Positions 29,255 to 39,714 of a DNA stretch of 64,000 nucleotides are shown one piece after another; positions within the stretch are counted from its first letter, which is position 1, and every line of letters starts with the position of its first letter. Where the stretch lies: assembly GCA_047975765.1 (NCBI GenBank), contig JBKEEF010000012.1:84824-148823 (forward strand), written 5' to 3'. A program made the position numbers and the translations under genes. The notes under the pieces are model-generated. The model saw only the letters and a list, made by a program, of their open reading frames with translations. It was not told the DNA's origin and did no database searches. The stretch comes from Alphaproteobacteria bacterium (lineage in GTDB: Bacteria > Pseudomonadota > Alphaproteobacteria > RF32 > CAG-239).

Positions 29255-30448
29255 TTATTTAAATTTGATTTTCCACATTTGTTTATTTTTTCTTTTCATT
29301 ACATATATAGAAACAAAATATGCTCCCGCCAAAACAAGGATGCCACCCACAAAACCAATATTTTGAACGCCCATTTTCTTAATTGCAAGACCACCAAAAA
29401 ATGCCCCTGCCCCAATTCCCACATTGAACAAAGCAGAATATATTGACATTGCAGTATCTCTATCTTTTGGAGCAAGTTTCATAATCCAATTTGCCATTGA
29501 TGGATAAACAACACCTGCAAAAATACTCCAAATTACCAATAAGAAAGTCATAATAATGACATTACTACCGAAAAGTCTCAAACTAAACAAGCAGACTGCA
29601 ACAGCCAAAAGACCATATAGTATTAATCCGATCATATTTTTTACAACAAGTTTTGCAGCCATCAGCACACCAAATAGTCCTGCCAAACCAAAAACAAACA
29701 GCATAGAAACAACAGCATCATCATTTAAAAGCGTAATCTTATTAAGGAAAGGTACAATATAGGTATAAGTCAAGAAGTTCCCTGTTACAAATAGCACAAC
29801 CATCAAATAAGCATTCATCAAGGCTTTGTTTTTGAAAAGTTTAGTAAGCCCCTTAATATTTCCACTATTTTGACTTGGCATCTTAGGAAGCATATATCCG
29901 AGGATAAGCACAGATAAGACACCAAAGAAGGAAATGATAAAGAATGCACTATGCCACCCCATTTTATGTCCAATAAATGTGCAAAAAGGAATTCCAATTA
30001 CGCCAGAAAGTGATGAGCCTGCAGAAATTAGAGCAACAGCTTGCGGACCTTTTCCTTCAGGTGCAACTCTAGCTGCCATTGGTGCCATAATTGACCAATA
30101 AATTGCATGGGAAACAGCAACAATAATTCTTGAAAAAAGAATTTGTGAAAATGTTGTTGAGAATCCAACTAACAAATTACCAACTGAAAAGATGCATAAA
30201 ACAATAACAATAAGTTTTTTTCTATCGACTTTTGAAACAAGCAGCGTCAATGGTAAAGAAAGAAGTGCAACAGCCCAAGCATAGTAAGTTAAGAGAACTC
30301 CTGTATCAGCCTCTGTTCTACCAATTGCTTCGGAAATTTCAGGAAGAAGACCGACTGGTGTGAATTCCGCTGTTCCCATAATGAATGCAGAAAATGCTAA
30401 AATTGCAACCAAAAACCATTCTTTTAAATTCTTATATATAACTGTCAT
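29255..30448 (-). CDS. MFS transporter
   Basis: 397 aa. 12 predicted TMs. MFS loop motif (GxxxDRxGRK-like: VSKVDRKKLIVI). Confidence 0.8.
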   Translation of the reverse strand: MTVIYKNLKEWFLVAILAFSAFIMGTAEFTPVGLLPEISEAIGRTEADTGVLLTYYAWAVALLSLPLTLLVSKVDRKKLIVIVLCIFSVGNLLVGFSTTFSQILFSRIIVAVSHAIYWSIMAPMAARVAPEGKGPQAVALISAGSSLSGVIGIPFCTFIGHKMGWHSAFFIISFFGVLSVLILGYMLPKMPSQNSGNIKGLTKLFKNKALMNAYLMVVLFVTGNFLTYTYIVPFLNKITLLNDDAVVSMLFVFGLAGLFGVLMAAKLVVKNMIGLILYGLLAVAVCLFSLRLFGSNVIIMTFLLVIWSIFAGVVYPSMANWIMKLAPKDRDTAMSIYSALFNVGIGAGAFFGGLAIKKMGVQNIGFVGGILVLAGAYFVSIYVMKRKNKQMWKIKFK

Positions 30449-30524
30449 TTCATCCCTACCCTTTTTACAAACCTTAAGGGTTTTAATACATATTCAGAAA
30501 AAAGCAAGCTTCTTTTAGATATAT

Positions 30525-32876
30525 TTATTTTGCTTTATGAACAACCATTTGTGGGAATGGAATATCAATATTTTCAGCATCAAATCTTTCAACAATTTTT
30601 TCTCTGATTTCATTAGAAATAAGCCCTTTATTTGACACATCAGCAGTATAGCATCTGACCACAAAATCAAGGCTACTTGCACCAAGTTCTGCAAAAGTTA
30701 CAAAAGGTTCAGGAGTTTTCAAAACAAAATCTTGTGTCTTTGCAATATCCAGTAAAATTTCTTTCACTTTTTTGATATCACTTCCATAAGCCACACCAAC
30801 CGCAATATCAACGCGAGCTGTTTTGTTATGGTGAGTCCTGTTGATTAAACTGCTAGAAAGAATCGTTCCATTAGGAATAATTACACTTGATTTATCAAAA
30901 GTCTCAATTTCTGTTGCACGAATATTAATTTGCTTCACAATTCCTTCTTGTCCACCAATGATAACCCAATCCCCAATTTTGAATGGACGTTCAAACAAAA
31001 TGATAATTCCTGAAACCAAATTACTTACAATATTTTGGAAACCAAGACCAACCCCGAATGATAATGCACCAGCAATGAGTGCAAGATTTCCCATACTTCC
31101 GCCCATCACTGAGATTGCAAACAATGCAGATGAAACAAAACCAATAAAACCAAAACCAGAAGAAAGTGAATTCTTAATGCCATCATCTATATCTGTTTTG
31201 GAAAGCACATTATTCAAAATATGTCTTTTCAAGAGTTTGAAAATATAAAGCGATGCAAAAAATACAAATATACCAAATGCAATTGAGATAATTGATACCT
31301 TAATTCCACCAACATAAAATTCTGTCAAAAATCTTTTAATATTATTCAGAAGTAGATCTACGGAGACACCCCAAAGTCCTAGAACAATCATAACACAAAG
31401 GAATGCCATAACAGGCGTAAGGAGTAATCCAAGCCAAAAATTCATCTTAGAAAGGGTTTTACGACCAATTCCAAAACTTCTATTCCAAAATCTCAATGTA
31501 AAAATTCGGCAAAAAATTTCTCTGATTGCTTTATTTAGGATATAAAATGTAATTAATGTTATAGCTGATAAAATCAGACGATTAAAAATAAACTCGGCAA
31601 GATTGACATAACCAAACAAAGAAAGTGAAAAAGCACCTACCACAAACAAAGACAATAATAAGATTATTTGAGATGCCGCAGTTGTTTCAATTTCTGCATC
31701 ACCTTCATCTTCTTCAGTTGGACTAGGTAAAAGACTATCACCCGCAAACCGATGAGATACGATGATGATTGAAAAAGCTTTCACAGCTGATGAAAGCATT
31801 GAGAGATAGTTTTCTAATTCAACAGAAAGTTTTGCTTCTTCTGCAACCATTTCCAAAAAAGAAACAATACATATCATTATGATTGAAAAAAGCATTGCAC
31901 GGCTCAGAGACCTTGCCTTTTTGCTTCTGACTTCAATGAGCCTCCACTTGCTATTTTCTGGAACAAACAAAACACGGACAATTGCCTGAGCTAAAAAAGC
32001 AAAAAGAGAATATAACAAAGCATAGTAAAGTGAAATAGTGAAAAGCCCATTGTCAACAATTCCAAATTGTTTCATCCAAAGAATAAACCCTCCAATGATT
32101 GTTGAAGGAATAACACCATAAGAGGTGAAAACAGCAATAGCCGCAAAGACTTTTGAACTGTAATCGGGCTTTTCGTTATTCACCTTATATCCATATCTTT
32201 TTCTGATAAACAAACTCAAGCCCACTGCAATCAAAAGACTAATGAAAACAGCAGAGAAAACTTTATATAGATTTTTCTGAACTTCAAATTTACTTTCTTG
32301 GCTCAATTCTTGATACCAACTAAATGGAGATAAAACCACATCATATATGAACTCTGCAAAAACAATTGTTGAGTTCATAAAATTTGTTGGATAAATCAAT
32401 GGACCTTTCTTATCCAAGATACTTCCCAAAAGTTCTTGGTTTCGAAGGTTCAAAATCATATTGTCAAGTTCATCAATTTTTGCCAAAACAACATCTGCTT
32501 CAGCAATTTTAGACTTAAGTTTAGAAGATTCTTCTTTGACTTCTTTTCTTTTTTGAACAATTGAATATGGCTCTGTTGTTCCGTCTGTTGGAGCTTCACC
32601 CAGAGCTTCAATTCTCTTTTGAACAAAACTCAAATCTTGTTCAATTGCTTTTTTATCCACACTGATAAGTGTTCTTGTCTCATTGAGCTGTTGAATATCA
32701 ATAACAGATTGCTCCGTTGTTACACTTCCTTTTTTCAAAGAAGTTTCTAAAACTTCGAGTTCCTTGGTAATTTTTGTATAGCTCACAGGAACTGGTGCAA
32801 CAATAGAAGGTGTTTGCGAAAAAGCATTACAAGAAAAAAAGAACACAAGCAAAAATGACAAGCAAATTTTTTTCAT
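30525..32876 (-). CDS. mechanosensitive ion channel, MscS family (large YbiO/MscK-like form)
   Basis: 783 aa. Signal peptide. Coiled-coil periplasmic N-domain, about 8 TMs, C-terminal MscS pore/beta domain (GDWVIIGGQEGIVKQINIRATEIETFDKSSVIIPN). Confidence 0.8.
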   Translation of the reverse strand: MKKICLSFLLVFFFSCNAFSQTPSIVAPVPVSYTKITKELEVLETSLKKGSVTTEQSVIDIQQLNETRTLISVDKKAIEQDLSFVQKRIEALGEAPTDGTTEPYSIVQKRKEVKEESSKLKSKIAEADVVLAKIDELDNMILNLRNQELLGSILDKKGPLIYPTNFMNSTIVFAEFIYDVVLSPFSWYQELSQESKFEVQKNLYKVFSAVFISLLIAVGLSLFIRKRYGYKVNNEKPDYSSKVFAAIAVFTSYGVIPSTIIGGFILWMKQFGIVDNGLFTISLYYALLYSLFAFLAQAIVRVLFVPENSKWRLIEVRSKKARSLSRAMLFSIIMICIVSFLEMVAEEAKLSVELENYLSMLSSAVKAFSIIIVSHRFAGDSLLPSPTEEDEGDAEIETTAASQIILLLSLFVVGAFSLSLFGYVNLAEFIFNRLILSAITLITFYILNKAIREIFCRIFTLRFWNRSFGIGRKTLSKMNFWLGLLLTPVMAFLCVMIVLGLWGVSVDLLLNNIKRFLTEFYVGGIKVSIISIAFGIFVFFASLYIFKLLKRHILNNVLSKTDIDDGIKNSLSSGFGFIGFVSSALFAISVMGGSMGNLALIAGALSFGVGLGFQNIVSNLVSGIIILFERPFKIGDWVIIGGQEGIVKQINIRATEIETFDKSSVIIPNGTILSSSLINRTHHNKTARVDIAVGVAYGSDIKKVKEILLDIAKTQDFVLKTPEPFVTFAELGASSLDFVVRCYTADVSNKGLISNEIREKIVERFDAENIDIPFPQMVVHKAK

Positions 32877-32948
32877 AAGAGAATATCCTTTGACTAATTT
32901 TTTAAATTTAATCCATTCTACTCTTTCTTTATTAAAAATCTCTGAAAT

Positions 32949-32983
32949 AAAAAAAGAGGAATAAAATTATTCCTCTTTTTTTA
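32949..32983. terminator. bidirectional terminator
   Basis: aaaaaGAGGAATaaaattATTCCTCttttttt. Confidence 0.65.
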
Positions 32984-32998
32984 TTGTTATTATATTAA

Positions 32999-34171
32999 TT
33001 ATTTTCCTATTGTTTTCACATTCAACTGCACAATTTTTTTTACAGCTTTTGGAGGGACAACAGGAATTTGTTGTGGTTTGCTGTCTATAAGATTCAAGTT
33101 TGTAATATCTCTAATATAAGTTCTATTAAAAGCATTGATTGTATCTTGAGGCAAAATATGAAAAACTTCTCTCATTTCAGGTTTAGCACTTTTTATATCT
33201 TGAATAAACCCTTGAATTGTTTTGTCATCAGTCTTTGGTGTCAATCTGCCTCTTCTCGTTGCTAAAACAAACCTTTCTCTTGTCGAAACATCTTCCTTGA
33301 AATAATCATTGATGTTTGTCAAATAACAAGCACCAACTTTAAGATCAGGGAAAGTAGACATAAATTCTGGTCTTTCAGACATTGTGAATTCAAAAAATCT
33401 TCTTGCTGCTAAACCTCTGTTTGGTTTTCCACCAGCATAGATATGCTTCATAAATGCCTTACCAAGTTCCTCTCCTTTGATTCCTTTATTAATTGCTATG
33501 AATACAGGAGATGGTGGTATGACTTTTCCATTTTTCTTATTGGTATAACCCAAAAAGTTTCCTTTTCCAGTGTTATAAATCAAAGAAGAAATTGCAGCCA
33601 TCTGATTAGGTTCTAATTTTTGTGTCACATTATCCAAGATAACAGGATAAACATGCTCAGCTAAATACTCAGAGACATATTCCATCCCTTTAGAAAGAAT
33701 AGCATCACGACGTTGATCTTCATCCATATCATCTGTAATTTCTGTAAATTTTGAAATACTATCGCTTTTTCTCAATGGTCTGCCAATATTGGTGATTCCA
33801 TACCCAAATGTTCTCACTTTGGCAGCACAAAGATATGTTTCATCTCTAAAATCTTCTGTCATCGCAATCAAAACCTTTACCGCAGCATCAGCTTTTTTGA
33901 TAGATTGCTCATTATATTCTCGAACAGAGAGGGTATCTCTTTTTTGAACGTCCAAAGTGTCCATTCTGAATGCTTTATCATCATTCTCAGATTTCAAATG
34001 TGCTTTGACTTCTTTTTTATGCTTAATATCATTTGCTGTATCGGAAGATGTATCAACTTCAGCAGCCTGTGCTTTTCCTGCAACAAGTGCCGAACTCAAG
34101 AGGGTACCTACGAGTACTTTATTTTTGAATTTTTTGATTCTTTCAAGTATTGCTTTTTGTTTATCGTTCAT
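32999..34171 (-). CDS. secreted hypothetical protein with possible lysozyme-like (GH108/GH24-like) domain
   Basis: 390 aa. Signal peptide. DETYLCAAKVRTFGYGIT and NQMAAISSLIYNTGKGNF...LAARRFFEF resemble muramidase motifs (E..Y..T.YGIT and N.G.G). Weak call. Confidence 0.4.
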   Translation of the reverse strand: MNDKQKAILERIKKFKNKVLVGTLLSSALVAGKAQAAEVDTSSDTANDIKHKKEVKAHLKSENDDKAFRMDTLDVQKRDTLSVREYNEQSIKKADAAVKVLIAMTEDFRDETYLCAAKVRTFGYGITNIGRPLRKSDSISKFTEITDDMDEDQRRDAILSKGMEYVSEYLAEHVYPVILDNVTQKLEPNQMAAISSLIYNTGKGNFLGYTNKKNGKVIPPSPVFIAINKGIKGEELGKAFMKHIYAGGKPNRGLAARRFFEFTMSERPEFMSTFPDLKVGACYLTNINDYFKEDVSTRERFVLATRRGRLTPKTDDKTIQGFIQDIKSAKPEMREVFHILPQDTINAFNRTYIRDITNLNLIDSKPQQIPVVPPKAVKKIVQLNVKTIGK

Positions 34172-34250
34172 ATTTTTGCCCTCCTTTCTTATATATAGAC
34201 ATAATAATCTAAATTTGTATAAGAGTAAACAAAAAATAAGCTAAAAATTC

Positions 34251-35363
34251 TTATTTTTCTAAATATTTTTCAACTTTTTGGATTCGATACAACCTGTACA
34301 AGTCCTTGAGTTCTTTACTATTTTTTAACGATTCAAAATTAGACATATCCGAAGCTTTTATGCTAGACAAAATATTGTATATTCGTCTAATATATCCCTT
34401 AAAAGATTTTAAACCACTTTTTACATCAATTAAAGGATGAGCCTTTTTAATAGAAAAAACATCAAAAATCTCTTCCATATCATCAAAAGATTTTCCTTTC
34501 GTAATACTGTCTATGAAATCTATTAAATCTGGCAAATCAGCTTTTATGAGCTCATCAATTTTGTTCTGATATTTAAAAGACATAGTGGCAAAGTTTTTAT
34601 AAAGGTTGGGAACTTTCAAGCGATTGCATATATTTTTCACTTCGTATTCATCTTTTGCAACACTTAAAAACAGAGCAAACTTAATTTTTGCTGAAAAATT
34701 TTCCGCTTTGGAAAAAAATTTGAAAGAATTTTCTGAAATTTCAGGAAAAAGATATGATAAAGCATTGCATTTCTTTGCTGCTTCAATAAATTTATAAAAA
34801 TGCTGGCTTTGAAGCGCCTTTTCGGTTTCTTTCCAAATACGCTCAGCAGATAAATTTTCAAGCATCCCCTCTTGAACCATTTTTTTTGTAAGGGAAATTG
34901 TTTCTTCGTCAATATCAAAATCAAGTTGTGCCGAAAACCGGCACATTCTGAGAACCCGTAACGGATCTTCAACAAAATGTTTTGCATTCACATGACGAAG
35001 AATTTTCTTTTCAATTGCCTCTTGCCCATGATTATAGTCGATAAGCTCATTTGTTGTTTCATCATAAGCTAATGCATTACAAGTGAAATCTCTTCTCTGT
35101 AAGTCTTCCTTAAGCGTGATATCTGGCGTAAAGATAAATTTGAAGTCGGTATGCTTATCTCCTATTTTTATTTCTTTTCTAGCCAGCGCATACTCTTCTT
35201 TAGTTTGAGGATTTATGAAAACAGGAAAATTCTTTCCAACTTGGAGATATCCAAGAGAAAGCATTTTCTCAATGGTAGCGCCGACCACGACGTAATCTAC
35301 ATCTTGAGGATTAATCCCCAAGAGTTTATCACGAACAGCTCCTCCAACTTGATATATTTTCAT
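34251..35363 (-). CDS. cca: CCA-adding tRNA nucleotidyltransferase / poly(A) polymerase family
   Basis: MKIYQVGGAVRDKLLGINPQDVDYVVVG N-terminal polymerase-beta-like head motif. 370 aa. Confidence 0.85.
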   Translation of the reverse strand: MKIYQVGGAVRDKLLGINPQDVDYVVVGATIEKMLSLGYLQVGKNFPVFINPQTKEEYALARKEIKIGDKHTDFKFIFTPDITLKEDLQRRDFTCNALAYDETTNELIDYNHGQEAIEKKILRHVNAKHFVEDPLRVLRMCRFSAQLDFDIDEETISLTKKMVQEGMLENLSAERIWKETEKALQSQHFYKFIEAAKKCNALSYLFPEISENSFKFFSKAENFSAKIKFALFLSVAKDEYEVKNICNRLKVPNLYKNFATMSFKYQNKIDELIKADLPDLIDFIDSITKGKSFDDMEEIFDVFSIKKAHPLIDVKSGLKSFKGYIRRIYNILSSIKASDMSNFESLKNSKELKDLYRLYRIQKVEKYLEK

Positions 35364-35412
35364 CTTTTTCCTTAAAAAAAAGACGACCCGACAAGGCCGC
35401 CTTAGTTCTTCA

Positions 35413-35988
35413 TTATATTCCGAAGTTCAACTGAACAACCTGAGTTACAATTCTGTCAAACACTCGTTTGTGCATATCTCTAACATTATCATAAGTGAAA
35501 GGCATTCCCAAAGCTAAGAGTAATTCTTTGACTTCCACAGATGTTTCATAATATTGATGGCTATATGTTCTCTTTGTTCTTAAATCAGTAATTCTGACAT
35601 CATATTGATATCGGTCATTCGTCCAAGAAGGAACGATGAACAACGTTCCGTAAGTTGCATAATTACACCATTTACATTCAGTATAAGTTCCTCTAACAAC
35701 GACATCTACTTTATATTTTGGTGCATAGACATTGTGAGAAACTTCTCCGAAAGTTCCTGCATCATAAAAACTTCCTGTAATTTCTCTTTCAAAGGCTCTT
35801 TTAAGCTCTGCATTTTTTTGCATATCAGCAACGCCTTCATAAGTTGTGAAGACTTGAACTGTCAACAACACATCTGGTCTGTTTGTACCAACAATTTCAT
35901 TTTTTGGCGTATTACCAACATTATTACTCGTGAAGCTCACGCATCCACTTAAAAAAACAGTTAAAACTAGGGCAAGTGCTTTTTTCAT
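35413..35988 (-). CDS. hypothetical lipoprotein
   Basis: 191 aa. MKKALALVLTVFLSGC lipobox. Confidence 0.55.
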   Translation of the reverse strand: MKKALALVLTVFLSGCVSFTSNNVGNTPKNEIVGTNRPDVLLTVQVFTTYEGVADMQKNAELKRAFEREITGSFYDAGTFGEVSHNVYAPKYKVDVVVRGTYTECKWCNYATYGTLFIVPSWTNDRYQYDVRITDLRTKRTYSHQYYETSVEVKELLLALGMPFTYDNVRDMHKRVFDRIVTQVVQLNFGI

Positions 35989-36078
35989 TTCAAAATCCTA
36001 TATAGTTCAATTAGAATGATTCATTATTATGCTTATTTATTTTAAGTCAACTATTTATCTACAAAATCCCCCAATTGA

Positions 36079-36396
36079 TTAGGAAATTTTTAGGCAAACA
36101 ATTCCTCCAACGATTAAAACAATTCCAAACCAACTCAAAAGTGTAGCTGTGTCATTAAAATAATATATTCCAAGAAGAAATGTTCCCACAGCTCCAACTC
36201 CTGCCCAAGCAGCATAAGCTGCTCCAATTGGAATTGTTCTTTGCGCCAAATATAATAAGAAACCACTAATTGTCATCCCAACTGCAGAGAAAACAACCCA
36301 TGCCACATTATGTTCAGGATTAACCTGTGCCATCTTAAATCCTGTTGGCCAAGAAACTTCGAAAAGTCCTGCTAAAATTAAATATACCCAAGCCAT
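36079..36396 (-). CDS. SMR-family small multidrug/quaternary ammonium efflux protein (SugE/EmrE-like)
   Basis: 105 aa. Four TMs. MAWVYLILAGLFEVSW with the conserved membrane Glu. Confidence 0.8.
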   Translation of the reverse strand: MAWVYLILAGLFEVSWPTGFKMAQVNPEHNVAWVVFSAVGMTISGFLLYLAQRTIPIGAAYAAWAGVGAVGTFLLGIYYFNDTATLLSWFGIVLIVGGIVCLKIS

Positions 36397-36534
36397 TCAT
36401 TTTCCTTTCTTTATTAAATTCACTTAAAAATAAAAGGAAAACGAAAAAAATTCAAGAATTTTCCAATATTTTAATGAATTTATAAAATACAAACACTATA
36501 TTCGAGGTAAGATAAATTAACTCGGAGAATAAAA

Positions 36535-37698
36535 ATGAAAGAATTTGTTTTTCATAACCCAACCAAAATTATTTTTGGAAATGATTCAACTGCCAAATTT
36601 GGCGAACATGCCAAAGACTTAGGAAAAAAGGCACTTTTTGTGTATGGGCAAAATAGCATCAAGAAATCTGGGCTATATGATGAAATTGTTCGCCAACTTA
36701 ATGAGCATAATATTTCATTCATTGAACATGAAGGTGTTAAATCCAATCCAACTTTGGAACATACGAGAGATGGTGTAAAGAAAGTTTTAGAAAACGGAAT
36801 TGATTTCATTGTTGCGATTGGTGGTGGAAGTGTTCTAGATGAAGCTAAAGCCATCGCAGCTTCTTCAGCCTCCAAAGTTGATGCTTGGGATATTTTTACG
36901 CAAAAAGAAAAAATCACCAAAGCGCTTCCACTCATCACCGTTTTAACTTTACCTGCAACGGGAAGTGAGATGAATGGAAATATGGTCATCACCAATACTG
37001 AAACGAAGGAAAAATTTGGACTTGGGAACCCTCTCCTTTATCCTAGAGTTTCCATTCTTAACCCTGTTTTGACCAATACAATTCCTTTGAAAAATACAGC
37101 ATATTCTGTTGTTGATATTGTTTCCCATCTCACCGAAAGCTATTTCAACAATGAAGGTGGAGATACATCTCTTCAGGAAAGATATGTCCAAGGTTTGAGC
37201 AAAACCATCATAGAAGCTTCTTATAAAGTGATGAAAAACCCTGAAGATAATGAAGGTAGAGCAACGATCATGTGGGGAGCAACACTTGGTTGGAACGGAC
37301 TAAATACTGCGGGTATTGGACATTTCTCCATGCCTTGCCACATGTTAGAACATCCTTTGAGTGCAATTTATGATATTGCTCATGGTGCTGGACTTTCTAT
37401 TGTTACCCCTGCTTGGCTTTCAAACCATGTTGAAACAAAGACAAAAAAAATCGCTCAGTTTGGTCGAGAAGTTTTTGGTGTTGAAGAAAAAGATGACAAG
37501 AAAGCGGCAATTAGTGGAATTGAAAAACTTAAAGCTTGGTACAAAGATATTGGGGCACCAACATCTTTCAATGAAGCTGGAATTTCAAACCCTGATGTTG
37601 ATTTCATTGTTAAACTTGTGATGGAATCTGTCCGCTTGCGTGGGACAAAAGGTTTAGATGAACCATTAATCCGAAAAATCTATCAAGATTGCCTCTAG
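36535..37698 (+). CDS. iron-containing alcohol dehydrogenase (YqhD/BdhA-like)
   Basis: 387 aa. GGGSVLD NAD(P)-binding motif. Metal-binding His cluster (HFSMPCHMLEHPLSAIYDIAHGAG). Confidence 0.85.
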   Translation: MKEFVFHNPTKIIFGNDSTAKFGEHAKDLGKKALFVYGQNSIKKSGLYDEIVRQLNEHNISFIEHEGVKSNPTLEHTRDGVKKVLENGIDFIVAIGGGSVLDEAKAIAASSASKVDAWDIFTQKEKITKALPLITVLTLPATGSEMNGNMVITNTETKEKFGLGNPLLYPRVSILNPVLTNTIPLKNTAYSVVDIVSHLTESYFNNEGGDTSLQERYVQGLSKTIIEASYKVMKNPEDNEGRATIMWGATLGWNGLNTAGIGHFSMPCHMLEHPLSAIYDIAHGAGLSIVTPAWLSNHVETKTKKIAQFGREVFGVEEKDDKKAAISGIEKLKAWYKDIGAPTSFNEAGISNPDVDFIVKLVMESVRLRGTKGLDEPLIRKIYQDCL

Positions 37699-37705
37699 AA
37701 AAATG

Positions 37706-37737
37706 AAGAGCCCCAATTTTTAGAAATTGGGGCTCTT
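37706..37737. terminator. bidirectional terminator hairpin
   Basis: AAGAGCCCCAATTTttagAAATTGGGGCTCTT. Confidence 0.55.
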
Positions 37738-37893
37738 ACTTAAAGATATGTTTCACGTTGCTTGTTGATAATTTGGTACATTTCTTCTTGAACTTTGACC
37801 TTATCAATGACTTTCTTGATAATTTCTTCGGCTTGAGAAAAAAGTGAATAATCTGCAGGAGCAATAAAACCCACTCTTTTATCTTTAAAAAGT

Positions 37894-38598
37894 TCAACAG
37901 CCATTTTTTTTTGAAGAAGGTTTTCTTTCTTCAAAAACAGCTAGTGCATGTCCGCCTTGTTGTCTCACAATTTTCATACATGGAACATCTGTTTCACCAT
38001 CACCAATATAAATCATCTGCGAAAAATGAATATATTTCTCTTCATGAGGAACATATTGGTTTACTCTGGTGTTCTCATAATAATTAAAAATACCTTTGTT
38101 AATTCTGAACAAATGTTGTGTTTTGTTTGTGTAGTTCACAGCAGTTGCTGTCCCAATAGCTTTTCCTTCATCATCATACAAGAAACTACTTGCAAAAATA
38201 TGTTTGAAGTTTTCAGCAATTTCTGTTCCCCGAATCATCTCTTCAAGCCCGGAGGAAATGATATAATGTTCGACTTCTACACCAACTTCTTCACCATATT
38301 GATTGATTCTATCGAACCAAGTATCAAGTCCGTTAAAGAGTGGAATTTCTCGTCCAAAATCAATCATATCCTCTTGGGTCAATGAAAGTCCTCTTTGTTT
38401 TACCTCTTCAAGCATAAGATACATATAGGAAATGATACTGTCCATATTATGTTTCTTTGCAAAATCATTGTTCTCTTTCCAAAATTCTTGAGGATTAATC
38501 CCAAATTTGGGAAAGAAAGAGAACTCCTGCATATAGCCTGAAGATAAAGTTCCGTCAAAATCATAGCAAATTGCTATTTTGGTATTCATTTTTTTCAT
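37894..38598 (-). CDS. HAD-superfamily phosphatase-like hydrolase, probably frameshifted at an A9 run (full length would extend to about 37740)
   Basis: Motif I DFDGTL. Motif IV IYIGDGETD. The ORF stops just after an A9 homopolymer (plus-strand T9 at 37904-37912). The alternate frame continues 54 codons with only a TTG start. Confidence 0.65.
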   Translation of the reverse strand: MKKMNTKIAICYDFDGTLSSGYMQEFSFFPKFGINPQEFWKENNDFAKKHNMDSIISYMYLMLEEVKQRGLSLTQEDMIDFGREIPLFNGLDTWFDRINQYGEEVGVEVEHYIISSGLEEMIRGTEIAENFKHIFASSFLYDDEGKAIGTATAVNYTNKTQHLFRINKGIFNYYENTRVNQYVPHEEKYIHFSQMIYIGDGETDVPCMKIVRQQGGHALAVFEERKPSSKKNGC

Positions 38599-38634
38599 AT
38601 CAAAATAATTTAAATTAATAATTTTCTAAAATTT

Positions 38635-39714
38635 TCAACGTCCGCCGTTTCTGCCTTTTCCAAATTTTATAAAGCTTGGCTGAACATATTTTTGCGCAGG
38701 TTCGTGAGCCTTTGTCTTTTTAAAGATTGCCATATCTTCTTTCATTTCTTCTCTATGGCTAACATAAATTTCGCTCACATCAACAACACCTAGTCTTGGA
38801 TGCACCATAAACAATGTTTGGCTTGGATATTCAGCTTCCAATTTCAAGTCTCTGGCATACTGATTATAACCAGGCATATTCGAATTGACAATAGTATGTT
38901 CTAGTTTCAAATGTCTATGGAAATGCCCCATCAAAACCCAATCAATATATTTACCTTCCTGTGCATATTTCTGACGTGTTTTATATTGCCCTTTTGCAAT
39001 TGTTGCACTTACACCAATGAAACCTGTTCCGCCTTTTGCTCCTATTCTGTCACCATGAATTGCTAAGAAATTTGTTCCATAAACTGGGAAGAAAGCTTCC
39101 CCTGATTTTGGAGTTAGAAAACTGACATTCTTTGCTTTTTCAAAATGTTTTTCAATGAACATTGTTGAAATTGAATCATAACTTGTTTCAACAAAATTTT
39201 TAGATTCCGGTTTTTTGGTTGTTCTTCCATGATTTCCAGGAACAGAGACTATCCAAACATTTTTGAACTCTTTGCGAAAAGTTTCAATCATTCTGCATTC
39301 CTGCTTAGCACATTCAACGGCTGCTGCAATTGGACCCAGAGCATTTGTCTTATCTAGCTCATTATGAATGTCTCCTGAAACAGTATCTCCCAGACGGCAG
39401 ATGACAATTCCAGGTGCTTTTTTGCCTCCCTTACCACGAAGTTTGAGAATTGTATTATTCGTTAAACGCTCAATTCTCTTATTCGCAACTTCAACATTGC
39501 AATTGACACCATCTATTTCAACAGGGTCCACAACTTCGCCATAGTGAATATCACTTGTGAGCAAGACAGGAATATTTGGCAACCCAGTCACAAGAGCTTC
39601 ATCTTGTCCAACTTCTGACCATTCTGGAAGGTTGAACGGCTCCTCGCTCAAATGAAAGATTTCTTCTCTCAAGTTTTGTGCATGGTATAGTTCATCGTGA
39701 ACATCCTGCAACAT
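38635..39714 (-). CDS. calcineurin-like metallophosphoesterase. True start probably the ATG at 39868, lost by a 1-nt frameshift in an A8 run
   Basis: Motifs SDIHYGE (DxH), GDTVSGD (GDxxD), GNHG, HGD, GHFHRH (GHxH). The in-frame ATG at 39714 has no SD. An ATG at 39868 has an AAGAGGA SD but is +1 out of frame across the A8 run at 39854-39861. Confidence 0.7.
   Translation of the reverse strand: MLQDVHDELYHAQNLREEIFHLSEEPFNLPEWSEVGQDEALVTGLPNIPVLLTSDIHYGEVVDPVEIDGVNCNVEVANKRIERLTNNTILKLRGKGGKKAPGIVICRLGDTVSGDIHNELDKTNALGPIAAAVECAKQECRMIETFRKEFKNVWIVSVPGNHGRTTKKPESKNFVETSYDSISTMFIEKHFEKAKNVSFLTPKSGEAFFPVYGTNFLAIHGDRIGAKGGTGFIGVSATIAKGQYKTRQKYAQEGKYIDWVLMGHFHRHLKLEHTIVNSNMPGYNQYARDLKLEAEYPSQTLFMVHPRLGVVDVSEIYVSHREEMKEDMAIFKKTKAHEPAQKYVQPSFIKFGKGRNGGR

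Noticed and set aside
37740-37934. 64-aa ORF downstream of the HAD gene as an independent gene
   Set aside because: Only a TTG start, no SD, and it overlaps the HAD stop by 41 nt in a frame reachable by a 1-nt change in an A9 run. More parsimoniously it is the frameshifted C-terminus of the HAD protein.
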